From positions 13,231-77,230 of the forward strand of contig JACPLT010000001.1 of NCBI GenBank assembly GCA_016186365.1: 64,000 nt of DNA, given 5' to 3'. Numbering within the stretch: the first letter of the stretch is position 1; each line of letters opens with the position of its first letter. Positions 19,601-28,327 of this stretch are shown piece by piece. Source of the stretch: Candidatus Pacearchaeota archaeon (GTDB lineage Archaea; Nanobdellota; Nanobdellia; Pacearchaeales; GW2011-AR1). The translations under genes and the position numbers were made by a program. The notes under the pieces are model-generated. The model did not search any database. It worked only from the letters and a program-made list of their open reading frames with translations, and was not told where the DNA came from.

Positions 19601-22600
19601 AAAAAAGTTATATTATGCGCACCTTCTGCCAATGTCAAAGTTTTATTCCAATTTGTTGTTGAAATATTTCCAAGATTATAAATGGTATTTGAATTATTTG
19701 AATATCCTGCCCAACTTAATGCCTCACCTGTTGTTATATTTAATAAAACAGAAGCAGAAGTATAATAAGTGCTATTTATCGGGCTTCTTATTGTTATTGT
19801 TGGAGGAGTAATATCATTAACACTTGTGTCAACTACAAAATTAATAGTATTAGTTCCAAGGTTTCCAGAACTATCAACACCATAAAGGATTAAAGTTTTG
19901 CTTCCATCACTAAAACTAAGTGTTTTGCTCCAGCTTTTCTCGGTTCCTATCAAACTAACATTTGTAACTCCTCCATCGAGTGAATAATTAGCACTTGTTA
20001 AATTTTCATTTGTTGTAATACTTAATAAAATAGAATTTGTTGAATAACTCTGGTTTAATGGAGAATTTATGCTAATAACTGGAGGAGTAACATCATTTAC
20101 AGTAAATGTTGTAGATGTTGAATTTTCATTTAAAGCAGCATCTTTTGCATAAAAAATACAAGCATATCCTCCTTTTTGTACATTAGTCATTGTATAATTT
20201 GCATATCCAGCAGAGTATAAATCAATAGTATGATTAACAAAAGTTCCAGAAGAATTTTCAGCTATTTTTACAGAACCCAAAGCAAAAGTATCATTAACAT
20301 AAGCATTGCAAACAACACTTTGAGTTTCATTTGCAACAGAAGGGCTTGCACTTACATTCAAAAATCTTGGAGCAATTGTATCAACATAAAAAGTTATTGT
20401 AGTGTTCCCTTGATTATTACTAGTATCATTTGCATAAATAATCAAATTATTTGTTGACTCTGTTCCAAGTGAAGAAAGAGTAACATTCCAATTTCTAGTT
20501 GAAGAATTTGACATATTAGTTAAACTTCCAGAATTTAATTTATATCCTGCCCAGACTGTATTTTCATTTGTTGTTATATTTAATCCAACAGTTGTTGAAG
20601 TTTTATAAGATGCATTTGTAATTGTATCAATAGTTATTACAGGAGGAATTGTATCTCCTAATGCAGTATTTACTGAAAAATAAACTCTGGATGAATTTCC
20701 AATATTATTGCTAGAATCATTTGCATAAAAAATAATATTATGACTTCCTTCAGATAAACTTGTCAAGCTTGCATTCCAACTAGTTGAACTAGTATTTCCC
20801 ATACTAACATTTACAGCACTGTCTAATGAATACCAAGTAGAACCTGCAGCTTCAGAGGTTAAAATTGAAATACTGATGTTATCTGTATTGTAAGTTGAAT
20901 TTAAAGGACTAATAATAGTCAAAGTAGGAGAAATTACATCATTTATATTAAATGAAACATTTGTTGAATTTAAATTTCCAACAATATCAGTTGCATAAAA
21001 AATACAATTATAAGTCCCTTTATTTGCAAGTTTTGTTCCTAAAATCAAATAACTTGCAGTTCCAGATGTTCCTGAAAAACTAATTGTATGATTTTCATAG
21101 CTTCCTAAAGAATTTTCTCCAATAATAACACTTGTAATATTAAATCCATCTGTCCAATTAATAGAACATGTTACACTTTGAGATTGATTTGCAGAACTTG
21201 GGCTTGCCCCCGCATTTGAATATCTTGGAGCAAGAGTATCAGCATAAAAAATAATTGTTTTATTATTTTGATTGTTTGATGTGTCATTTACATAAATAGT
21301 TAAATTATTTGTAGATTCTTGAGATAGGCTTAAAGTTGCATACCAATTTGTTGTTGAAGAATTAGTTAAATTTGTTAATGCTCCTGAATTTAATTTATAT
21401 CCTGCCCAACTCAGTGCTTCATCAGTTGTTATATTAAGAAGGGGAGATAATGAATTATAACTTGCATTTGCAGGAGTTAATATTGTAATTGCAGGAGGTG
21501 TTGTATCTGCAGGGGATACAATTGTAAAATATCTAATAGAAGAACTTCCTAAATTATCAAAACTATCATTTGCATAAAAAGTTATATTATGATTTCCAAT
21601 TAATAATCCTGAAATAACTGCTGTCCATTGTTTAGAAGATACATTTGAGAGTGTTACATTTGTAGTAGAATTGCTATCAAGATTATACCATGCACTTGAT
21701 GCAGCTTCAGAAGTTACAATCTCAGTTGTTACAGATGTTTGAGTATAATTTGTGTTTTCTGGGCTAATTATTGTTATACTTGGAGCAGTTGAATCTGTTA
21801 TATAACTTCCTGTTAACGGATTTGCAGATGCAGCCTCTCCAAGAGAATCAAATAAATAAGCATACCAGGTATGTGTTGCAGAATCTATTTCAGAGGCAAA
21901 TCCGCATGATAGATTAACAGTTGCAGTTGCAGAACAATATTGAGTTCCAGTACATCCAGAAGAATTTGCTCCAGAACTGCTGCAAACATATAATTTTAAT
22001 GTCTGAGAATCTGCATCAGAAGAAACACTATTTATTGTTACGGTTGTTCCTCCAAGAATAGTTACAGCATTATCACTTGCTGAAGTTAAAACAGGAAGTT
22101 GATTTAGGTTTATGGTTTTATTTACAATAGTCTGACTATTTCCAACAAAGTCCTGAGAATAATATCTCAGATAATTAACTCCTCTGGTTGTTAAAACTAT
22201 TTGTCCCCCATTATCAATTGAAGTTGTTGGATTGCAGCCCTGACTTGTTGAACTGCAATAATAAGATTTAGGATCAGAATCTACACTATCAGCTTCCGAA
22301 ATAGTAACAGCATAATTTGGTAATTGAATACTTGAAACAGAATTATCACTAGTTGTAGGAGCAGTATAATCTAAATAAAATGAAACATCTAAATTATTAG
22401 AAGCTGTTTGTCCAACTCCCAATGCATTCTGACAAGAAACATATCTTGTTGCAAATCCTTGCGAAGCAACATTATTTACAGAACAATTTGCCTGAGTGTT
22501 AACAACAGGACAAGTATTAGACATAGAAGAATAAGCTAAATCAGAAGAACTCCACCTACAACTCATTCCAGATTCTCCAGAAACAATTATTTCAGTTAAA

Positions 22601-23883
22601 GCATCATTTACAGTATCATAATAACTTGGAGTTGTGTCTCCTGCTACACTTACAATAGAAGTAGTTAAAGTATCTGCGTTTACAGTATAATTAACCTGAA
22701 CAGTAGAAGAATAAGAATTTCCATCATAAACTCGGCAATATTTTGTATAGTTCCCATTTCCACTTTGAGAAGTAAACCCACAAGTTAGAGTATAAGGGGC
22801 TGCTGAAGAAGTTGTCCCTCCAGTACATTTTGTATTTACTGAATCAGGTAATGAAGAATCATCACAATAAAAATAAAGAGTTGCTTGCTCAGTATCACTA
22901 ACGTTATTAGAAGAATTAGCATAAATTGTTATTGCTGTTGAGCCTGCAACAGGATTTGGAAGAATAGTTGCATTAGATATTGCTGGAGGAAAATTAACAT
23001 TAAATGTAACAGAAGAAGAATTTAAATTTCCATAACTATCATTTGCCCAAACTTTAAGAGTATTGCTACCCGAACTAATATTATTTCCAAGAGAAACATT
23101 TGTATTGCAAGTAAAAGTTCTATTAGTTGTCCCAGAATTATTTGACCACCAACAAGCTTGTAAGTTTGTATCAGATATACTGGTGTTTAATGTAAGGGGA
23201 AGACTTGTATAAGTTATATTAGCAGGATAAACTATACTAATTACAGGAGCAACATTATCTACCGTATAGGTAACATTAAAATACAAGTCATCTGCAGTCA
23301 AAGTCTTAGCACCGCCAGTAGTAGAAATGACTTGCAGATAAGCTAGAGCTTTAGTGCCTGAAGAACCAAAAAAGCTATTACAAGTCCAGGATTCTAAAGC
23401 AGTTACATCTGTACAAATTTCTCCAGGATTAGCGCCTGTTCCAGGACAAGTTGCAGAAGCAGTAGTATATGAGGTTCCACCATCAGCATCAACTTTTACA
23501 GTGCAAGTCCCAATCGAAGCAGAAGAAGACCACCATTCATAACATAATTTTACATTTGTAATTCCACCGCAACTTGTTGTACTACTATTATAATTTTGAG
23601 TCCTTATTCCCATATACTGATTATTTCCTGAAACAGTTGCTGTCTGCGTAACTGCATTGTTAGTATCTATACTAGTAGTCGTACATGCACTAGTAAATGT
23701 TTCAGAAGTTGTCTGAGCAACTTCAGTATTACATGCCTGAGAAACTAGAACCGTATTGGGTGAATTTGCACCCGGAAAGGCATAAGTAGCCAAAACAATT
23801 CCAATCATTAATAAAATAATTAATATACTAAGAAAGAATTTTAATCTTACATCAGCTTTTTTATTCTTTAAAAGATTCATCAT
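16663..23883 (-). CDS. Giant (2406 aa) surface glycoprotein with Ig-like repeats, C-terminal TM and cytoplasmic coiled coil
   Basis: Signal peptide; Cys-rich N-terminus; many DTxPPxITIxSPxNxTY...YANDS.GN repeats; abundant N-x-S/T; Gly linker; TM; coiled-coil tail. Confidence 0.9.
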   Translation of the reverse strand: MMNLLKNKKADVRLKFFLSILIILLMIGIVLATYAFPGANSPNTVLVSQACNTEVAQTTSETFTSACTTTSIDTNNAVTQTATVSGNNQYMGIRTQNYNSSTTSCGGITNVKLCYEWWSSSASIGTCTVKVDADGGTSYTTASATCPGTGANPGEICTDVTALESWTCNSFFGSSGTKALAYLQVISTTGGAKTLTADDLYFNVTYTVDNVAPVISIVYPANITYTSLPLTLNTSISDTNLQACWWSNNSGTTNRTFTCNTNVSLGNNISSGSNTLKVWANDSYGNLNSSSVTFNVNFPPAISNATILPNPVAGSTAITIYANSSNNVSDTEQATLYFYCDDSSLPDSVNTKCTGGTTSSAAPYTLTCGFTSQSGNGNYTKYCRVYDGNSYSSTVQVNYTVNADTLTTSIVSVAGDTTPSYYDTVNDALTEIIVSGESGMSCRWSSSDLAYSSMSNTCPVVNTQANCSVNNVASQGFATRYVSCQNALGVGQTASNNLDVSFYLDYTAPTTSDNSVSSIQLPNYAVTISEADSVDSDPKSYYCSSTSQGCNPTTSIDNGGQIVLTTRGVNYLRYYSQDFVGNSQTIVNKTINLNQLPVLTSASDNAVTILGGTTVTINSVSSDADSQTLKLYVCSSSGANSSGCTGTQYCSATATVNLSCGFASEIDSATHTWYAYLFDSLGEAASANPLTGSYITDSTAPSITIISPENTNYTQTSVTTEIVTSEAASSAWYNLDSNSTTNVTLSNVSSKQWTAVISGLLIGNHNITFYANDSFDNLGSSSIRYFTIVSPADTTPPAITILTPANASYNSLSPLLNITTDEALSWAGYKLNSGALTNLTNSSTTNWYATLSLSQESTNNLTIYVNDTSNNQNNKTIIFYADTLAPRYSNAGASPSSANQSQSVTCSINWTDGFNITSVIIGENSLGSYENHTISFSGTSGTASYLILGTKLANKGTYNCIFYATDIVGNLNSTNVSFNINDVISPTLTIISPLNSTYNTDNISISILTSEAAGSTWYSLDSAVNVSMGNTSSTSWNASLTSLSEGSHNIIFYANDSSNNIGNSSRVYFSVNTALGDTIPPVITIDTITNASYKTSTTVGLNITTNENTVWAGYKLNSGSLTNMSNSSTRNWNVTLSSLGTESTNNLIIYANDTSNNQGNTTITFYVDTIAPRFLNVSASPSVANETQSVVCNAYVNDTFALGSVKIAENSSGTFVNHTIDLYSAGYANYTMTNVQKGGYACIFYAKDAALNENSTSTTFTVNDVTPPVISINSPLNQSYSTNSILLSITTNENLTSANYSLDGGVTNVSLIGTEKSWSKTLSFSDGSKTLILYGVDSSGNLGTNTINFVVDTSVNDITPPTITIRSPINSTYYTSASVLLNITTGEALSWAGYSNNSNTIYNLGNISTTNWNKTLTLAEGAHNITFFANDSSTNKNQANKSTIIYVDLNNPSVNSFTCTNPVNNSQDVNCSASVSDAVGLSYAIIGYNATGTWQNSSQISLSGTSSSLSYIIAAGNTTMPGFNSQIYLYDSSGRGNLTTSYNINITDDSFPQIYNISYTPNTTAELDPGVTVNISADIVEDYQISNVKLMYKNSSAISWTSLSMSNTTLTNYNASITLGNETWYFKINATDSAGNSNISSNYTLVVENDTRFYNSTTIPDIKSYTLAQETNNNPLGLLYLNNTGDTPLNFSIVLSSTSLNGKLSINYTGNSSMNYSVSSGNAINISVEVNSVSLPTGLYDYSITINSNAGTQAYSKQVYIQTAAGPYLVASIDTYSSSVTRGQSGVELVASVKNLGTSDATGVVLNWSLPSEFSLSNGNYTRNIGNLPIGVSSTNSLVIGVLSSVSSNTVNITAMSNSNENSTSNATKQINILDPLIVTITTPGTGGGGGGGGTAGAGGESIVYSKTIEIVRGEQDSFEIEINNKYFNSSLEDLTMTLDGFPSQYVDISPSKIDRINSKETKKFTVKLKIPSYKEGYEEHTLKAVISGYKVDGTGKISYTETQNIKLIIQEVSKEKSNLSLAEAEKAILEMTNSGFNTDEVNKLLEQAKNKLSENRNKEAQVLSEKIISIKDKAVGVDKLINKILEALKDPRKTNLLTGNVAKDIVDENGDNVSINSMLTGKVIFSGDSAESVLNMAIAAFKRGDYATAEERAKSSQVLLLLERKGNFGLFLYLYWHFVLIGFVLLTMFGIFSYKTYQKSAITGKIQDIDKEEDNIRGLILSAQRNYFSGKISVGEYHRVMSQHQNKLAKIKQERLNLRNKRIKMLKPQQILQDLVIERIQVENEIKKVQEQFYRDRKISESEYNTEFKILNERLAEIEGERITFEMLKKNESGKIQFENTNKELERAVIKSEKEFKKQGRVRIFFLKIIGFIKYPFYNFSKMRENKRAREEAKIREKIKRMNIL

Positions 23884-24023
23884 TTTCTCCCCCCTTTCTT
23901 TAAATCTGATTTCAAAAGTTCTTCTAAATATTCAGAAATATCTTTTCCTATTTGAATAGAATGTATCTTAACTTCTTTCCACAACTCTTCATCTATCTTT
24001 AAACTAGTTGTTTTTCTAACCAT
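23880..24023 (-). CDS. Ribbon-helix-helix (CopG-like) regulator, 47 aa
   Basis: MVRKTTSLKIDEELWKEVKIHSIQIGKDISEYLEELLKSDL...; its stop overlaps the ATG of the giant gene; not in the ORF track. Confidence 0.8.
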   Translation of the reverse strand: MVRKTTSLKIDEELWKEVKIHSIQIGKDISEYLEELLKSDLKKGGRK

Positions 24024-24060
24024 GAATTCCTCTTTTTTAATATTATAATATAAAAAGTAG

Positions 24061-24107
24061 TATTTAAATCTTTATTTATAGTATTTTATAATTATATAAT
24101 ACTATAA
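24061..24107 (-). promoter_or_regulatory. TATA box plus palindromic putative operator
   Basis: TTTAAATA box at about 24061-24068 on the minus strand; ttatagtatt...aatactataa inverted repeat at 24076-24107. Confidence 0.45.
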
Positions 24108-24281
24108 TACCAATAAACAATATAAAGATTATTCCCTTTCTTTTTTTGTTAATTTTCAAAACCATTTCTAACAGCAAAAAGAATTCCTTAAAATATTGTT
24201 GATACAATTTAAGTGACAGTTGTTTTTCCAATAATAGACTCGCTAATTAATCTTCTTTGGAAAGCATGTTGCAAAAAAATT

Positions 24282-24485
24282 TTATTTTTGAGCAACTATT
24301 TGAACTACTGGATTTTCAAATCTTTTCTTATCTTCACCAATAAATAAAGTCATAGCACGTTGTTTTCTATATAAATCTCTTTTTAAGTTGTGAAGTTCTG
24401 CTTTTTTCTTTTCAAACTGATTCTTCAACGCCTTGATTTCAGCTTTCATAGCATTTACTATTTCGTTTTCCATTTTGAACAACAC
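24282..24485 (-). CDS. Small coiled-coil protein
   Basis: Heptad pattern; GGAGGTG SD just upstream. Confidence 0.55.
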   Translation of the reverse strand: MLFKMENEIVNAMKAEIKALKNQFEKKKAELHNLKRDLYRKQRAMTLFIGEDKKRFENPVVQIVAQK

Positions 24486-24897
24486 CTCCTTTCATTAATT
24501 TTGAACATTCTAATTTCTTTTCAATAATTATTTTGTTTAATCCATATGTAACAACCACTTTTTCACCAATATCAAAATTGAATTTTTGAAGAATAAGGTT
24601 ATTTAATCTTATCATGGGTTTTCCATATAATTCATAAATTTTATATGTTTTTTTAAGTTCATTTATAGGTTCTCTTATATTCTTATATTTATTTTCATAG
24701 TTATTACCAAAAATCCTCAATTTTTTCTTAATAGTCAAAACCTCTTTTTCTAAGAAATCAGACCAACATTTTCTAGAACAAAAACACCTTTCCTCTGGAT
24801 AAATTAAATCATTTGAATGAATTGTATAACAACAGAATGACTTAAACACATTTTCTATCCGCTTTTTGCAGGTAAAGCAAAAAACAGGTTCAGCCAT
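24439..24897 (-). CDS. Zn-finger protein with SymE/AbrB-like C-terminus
   Basis: CFTC...FCSRKC; C-terminal GKPMIRL...FNFDIGEKVVVTY...IIIEK; GGAGGT SD. Confidence 0.55.
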   Translation of the reverse strand: MAEPVFCFTCKKRIENVFKSFCCYTIHSNDLIYPEERCFCSRKCWSDFLEKEVLTIKKKLRIFGNNYENKYKNIREPINELKKTYKIYELYGKPMIRLNNLILQKFNFDIGEKVVVTYGLNKIIIEKKLECSKLMKGGVVQNGKRNSKCYES

Positions 24898-25333
24898 CTA
24901 AGATACCTCCTTTAGAAACTGATAGAAATGGGTGTTTTTCCTTATATCTAATAGAATCATCAATAATCATATGTTTCTTGAAATAATTTAAATCTAGACG
25001 TATTTCTCCAGGTTCTAGCCCATTAGGATAACCCACAGTCAAAGGTGGATCTGACAATAATCGGATTGTGTAAGTTATTTTATAGAAGTCGTTGTTAATT
25101 CTGAAGTTTCCAGTTGCTTTATAAAATTCATATTTTAAATTAATGATTTTTAATAGTTCTTTCAAATCATTTTCTATTTTAGAAATAACCTTATTATAAT
25201 CTTGTTTTTTATCCCCTTTTATTGCCATTAAAAATAAGATTACCGACGATATATAAACATTGTCATACTCTAGTAAATATAATAAATTATATTTTCCTTC
25301 GATAAAAGTAATATAATTAATTATATTTTGCAA
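24890..25333 (-). CDS. Hypothetical protein
   Basis: Overlaps the start of the downstream gene; start uncertain (probably MAIKG...). Confidence 0.5.
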   Translation of the reverse strand: MQNIINYITFIEGKYNLLYLLEYDNVYISSVILFLMAIKGDKKQDYNKVISKIENDLKELLKIINLKYEFYKATGNFRINNDFYKITYTIRLLSDPPLTVGYPNGLEPGEIRLDLNYFKKHMIIDDSIRYKEKHPFLSVSKGGILDG

Positions 25334-25403
25334 TAAAAAATGTAAGAAAAATATAATTTGTTAGATTTTATCGTAGATAAGGGTTAGCTATATTCCACAT
25401 TTC

Positions 25404-25715
25404 CTAGCGGTATTCTCGCCATGTATGCTTGCACTTTGTGCATTTGAAGAAGCGAGTTTCTGCCTCGTCGGCAGCTCTTGTTTGAGAGCTCCAGAAATAA
25501 GCTTCGCCATTCTTGCATTTTGGGCAGGTCGCGGTTATTTTTGGCATGACATCTGTCTCTTTTTCTTTTAGAATATTAATTTCTTCTTTTTTTGATTTAA
25601 CCTGCTCGTTTGATTCAATCTTTACTTTTCCTTTGGCAGAATAACTGCATCTTGGACAGCCATAATTTTTACTCTTTTCAACTAAAACAGCTCCACACTT
25701 TGGGCAAAATTCCAT
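25404..25715 (-). CDS. tfs: Transcription factor S (TFS/RpoM)
   Basis: FCPKCG...CPRC; CPKC...QTRAADEAETRFFKCTKC.HTWREY. Confidence 0.95.
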   Translation of the reverse strand: MEFCPKCGAVLVEKSKNYGCPRCSYSAKGKVKIESNEQVKSKKEEINILKEKETDVMPKITATCPKCKNGEAYFWSSQTRAADEAETRFFKCTKCKHTWREYR

Positions 25716-25752
25716 TTTATCTCTTGTTAATATATACTTTTAAATGTTCCTA

Positions 25753-26367
25753 TCAACTAAAATATTGTATAATCTTCACAAATACTAATTTTATCCAGCC
25801 AAGTTTTGGAAGCCGCAGATAGGCTTTTCCTATTATAGCAGACTCTTGAATTTCTTTTTCAATTTGAAGCTGGCCTGAATTATTGTCTCCTTTTGTGGAG
25901 TATACTTTTTTGCCATCCTGTTCTTTTATTTCTATAATTCTATGTATTATTGGGTGGGACTGGCCCGCATTAAATATTATTATATCTCCTACTTTTAAGT
26001 TGGAAGCTCTTACCACTAAAATGATGTCCCCAATTTCTATTCCTGTCTTTAGGGGCCAATTGATTGCTTGCTCTTTAGTTATTCCTATGTTTGTATACCA
26101 AATTTCGGATTGAACCCACCATTTGTCAAAGTTTGATTCTAAAACCAGCAGGTTCCCTAAAAAACTTCCGGGGTGATGCATGCTTCCGGATTCTACTACA
26201 ACTAAAGGCATTGCCGAGCCAAATATTAATGATAATAGGGGGAAGAAAATAAATTTGACTATAATAAATGCGAGGATAATGCTGACTATCCAGGAGAGAA
26301 GAGAGTCATCTTTCCATAAGAAGTTCCAGGTTTTTTTTGCTGCCTCTTTTATTTCTTTCCAGTTCAT
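25753..26367 (-). CDS. Signal peptidase I (archaeal Sec11 type)
   Basis: VVESGSM, GDI, PIIHR, TKGDNN. Confidence 0.92.
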   Translation of the reverse strand: MNWKEIKEAAKKTWNFLWKDDSLLSWIVSIILAFIIVKFIFFPLLSLIFGSAMPLVVVESGSMHHPGSFLGNLLVLESNFDKWWVQSEIWYTNIGITKEQAINWPLKTGIEIGDIILVVRASNLKVGDIIIFNAGQSHPIIHRIIEIKEQDGKKVYSTKGDNNSGQLQIEKEIQESAIIGKAYLRLPKLGWIKLVFVKIIQYFS

Positions 26368-26478
26368 ATTTATTAAAGAGAATTTTGGTTTATAAATTTA
26401 GGGGGTATAGAAAAAAATTGTTTAGTAGAAAGAGAGGGGATTAATAAAGTTTATAAGCTGCATAATCTAGACTGAAAA

Positions 26479-27000
26479 ATGATTCAGCTGCCGTTAGCTT
26501 TGCTTGTTCAGTCAGATATAAAAGTAAGAAATATTGAAAATACGGATTGGGCAAGAGTTACAGGCTTTCATTACCATCTTTATTCTGATATATATACTGA
26601 ATTAGACCTGGAAGGCAAGGATAGACATATTGTTTCTCATAATCAAATGCTGATGAAAGCAGTAAATAAAAAATGGGGGTTTGTTGCAGATGTTTCTGGA
26701 ATTTCTCAGGGATATGCTCTTTTTGAGTTAACTGAAAGAAGAGTTCATGTTCGCGAAGTTTATGTTTCTCCAGAATTTAGAAGAATAGGGATTGGGAAAA
26801 GATTAATGAAATCAATAGGATTAAATGCAAATTATTATCCCTGCGATATTCTTCTTGAGCTGCCTGGAAGAGATATTCCTGAATTTGAGAAAGCCAGGAA
26901 ATTTTATGAAAGTTTAGGAATGACATTTATAAGCGGCAATAAAGAAAGATGCGATAGAATGATTTTAAAAGCAGAAAATTTGCATAAGCTGATTCATTAA
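26479..27000 (+). CDS. GNAT acetyltransferase
   Basis: VYVSPEFRRIGIGKRLM, ARKFYESLG. Confidence 0.85.
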   Translation: MIQLPLALLVQSDIKVRNIENTDWARVTGFHYHLYSDIYTELDLEGKDRHIVSHNQMLMKAVNKKWGFVADVSGISQGYALFELTERRVHVREVYVSPEFRRIGIGKRLMKSIGLNANYYPCDILLELPGRDIPEFEKARKFYESLGMTFISGNKERCDRMILKAENLHKLIH

Positions 27001-27075
27001 ATATATTCTAAAATATCGAAAGATTTATAAATATACATATCTTGTATACACCTAGATGTATACACATCTCCTTTC

Positions 27076-27225
27076 CTGTCTCGTCGTGAGACGAGACAGT
27101 TTATGCTAAATGAAACTTAAAAATTCAAAAACAAATAAAATTTTTAAGATCTTGGAGATCTCAGAATCTTTGGATTCTGACGACTATCAAAGTTCCGAGA
27201 ACTTTGAAGTTTTTGAATCCCCAAG
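27076..27225. repeat. Hairpin cluster in the 5' region of the downstream gene
   Basis: ctgtctcgtc-gtga-gacgagacag; cttaaaaatt...aatttttaag; tcagaatc-tttg-gattctga; tcaaagttc-cga-gaactttga. Confidence 0.75.
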
Positions 27226-27252
27226 CTTTTAAATTCCTGATGGAGATTTAAA

Positions 27253-27600
27253 ATGGAAGACTTATTTGAAAATACTGTATTATGCAAGAATTGCCAGACT
27301 AAGATGAAACAGGCAAAGATAATCAGAAGTGGATTTGAGTTAAGAGCATTAGTCTGTGATAAATGCGAGAATAAAATTGTTCATCCTCAAGATGAAGCGG
27401 AATATAACCAATTTTTGAACTTGAGAAATAAAGAGTTCAGAGTTAAATTAAGACTTGTTGGAAACAGCTATGCTGTTTCTATTCCTAAAGAGGTGGTGGA
27501 TTTTATGAAAGAACAGGAAAAGATGTTTGATGATATGGTAAGATTATGTTTTCATGACGCTAAAAGAATAAATTTAATGTTTGGAGAGGAACATGAGTAA
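27253..27600 (+). CDS. Zn-ribbon plus AbrB/MazE-like DNA-binding protein
   Basis: CKNC...CDKC; KLRLVGNSYAVSIPKE. Confidence 0.8.
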   Translation: MEDLFENTVLCKNCQTKMKQAKIIRSGFELRALVCDKCENKIVHPQDEAEYNQFLNLRNKEFRVKLRLVGNSYAVSIPKEVVDFMKEQEKMFDDMVRLCFHDAKRINLMFGEEHE

Positions 27601-28180
27601 AGAATTACCCATAACAAGAGAAGAATCTATAATATTGTTAAAAAGTATGCCTCAAGAGCAGTCTGATTGGAATCATTATTTAGAAACAGAAGCTATAATG
27701 AGAAAATTAGCTGAAAAATTAGGGGAAGATATTGAATATTGGGGAATGATAGGGTTATTGCATGATATTGATTGGGCATTAACTAAAAGTAATTGGCAAG
27801 AGCATTGTATTAAGGCTGTAGAGATATTAAAAGAAAAAGGGTTTGATGAAAAGTTTATAAAAATAATACAAAGCCATGGGTATGGATATAAAGAAATTCC
27901 GGCTTTGATGGATAAGAAAAGAACTGAAAAAATTGAGTATGCTTTAATTTCTGCAGAGACTTTGACAGGAATAATTTATGCTTATGCTTTGATGAGGGGA
28001 AAAATCAGCGATATGGATGTTTCGGGGCTTAGAAAGAAATTTAAAGACAAAAGATTTGCTGAAAATTGCAATAGAGAACTAGTAAAAGAAATAGAGAAAG
28101 CAGGAATAACTTTAGATGAATTATTTGAATTATCGATTAATGCTATGAATGAAATTAAACAGAAGATTGGGTTGAGTTAA
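27593..28180 (+). CDS. HD-domain (HDIG-like) phosphohydrolase
   Basis: NHYLETE...WGMIGLLHDID...HC...IQSH; KKFKDKRFA. Confidence 0.88.
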   Translation: MSKELPITREESIILLKSMPQEQSDWNHYLETEAIMRKLAEKLGEDIEYWGMIGLLHDIDWALTKSNWQEHCIKAVEILKEKGFDEKFIKIIQSHGYGYKEIPALMDKKRTEKIEYALISAETLTGIIYAYALMRGKISDMDVSGLRKKFKDKRFAENCNRELVKEIEKAGITLDELFELSINAMNEIKQKIGLS

Positions 28181-28252
28181 AGATGTTATTTAAATTTTCA
28201 AACAGGTTTGAGAGAGAAAATTTAATACTAAGAAGTTTTTATAACTTCGAGG

Positions 28253-28327
28253 TGTTCGAAAATCAGAGATTTTCGACATCCAGAAAATTAAAATTTTCTG
28301 GCTCTCAAAAACCGGGGGTTTATTGAG
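28253..28327. repeat. Three tandem hairpins between the TATA box and the CDC48 start codon
   Basis: tcgaaaatc-aga-gattttcga; ccagaaaatt-aa-aattttctgg; ctcaaaaacc-ggg-ggtttattgag. Confidence 0.75.
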
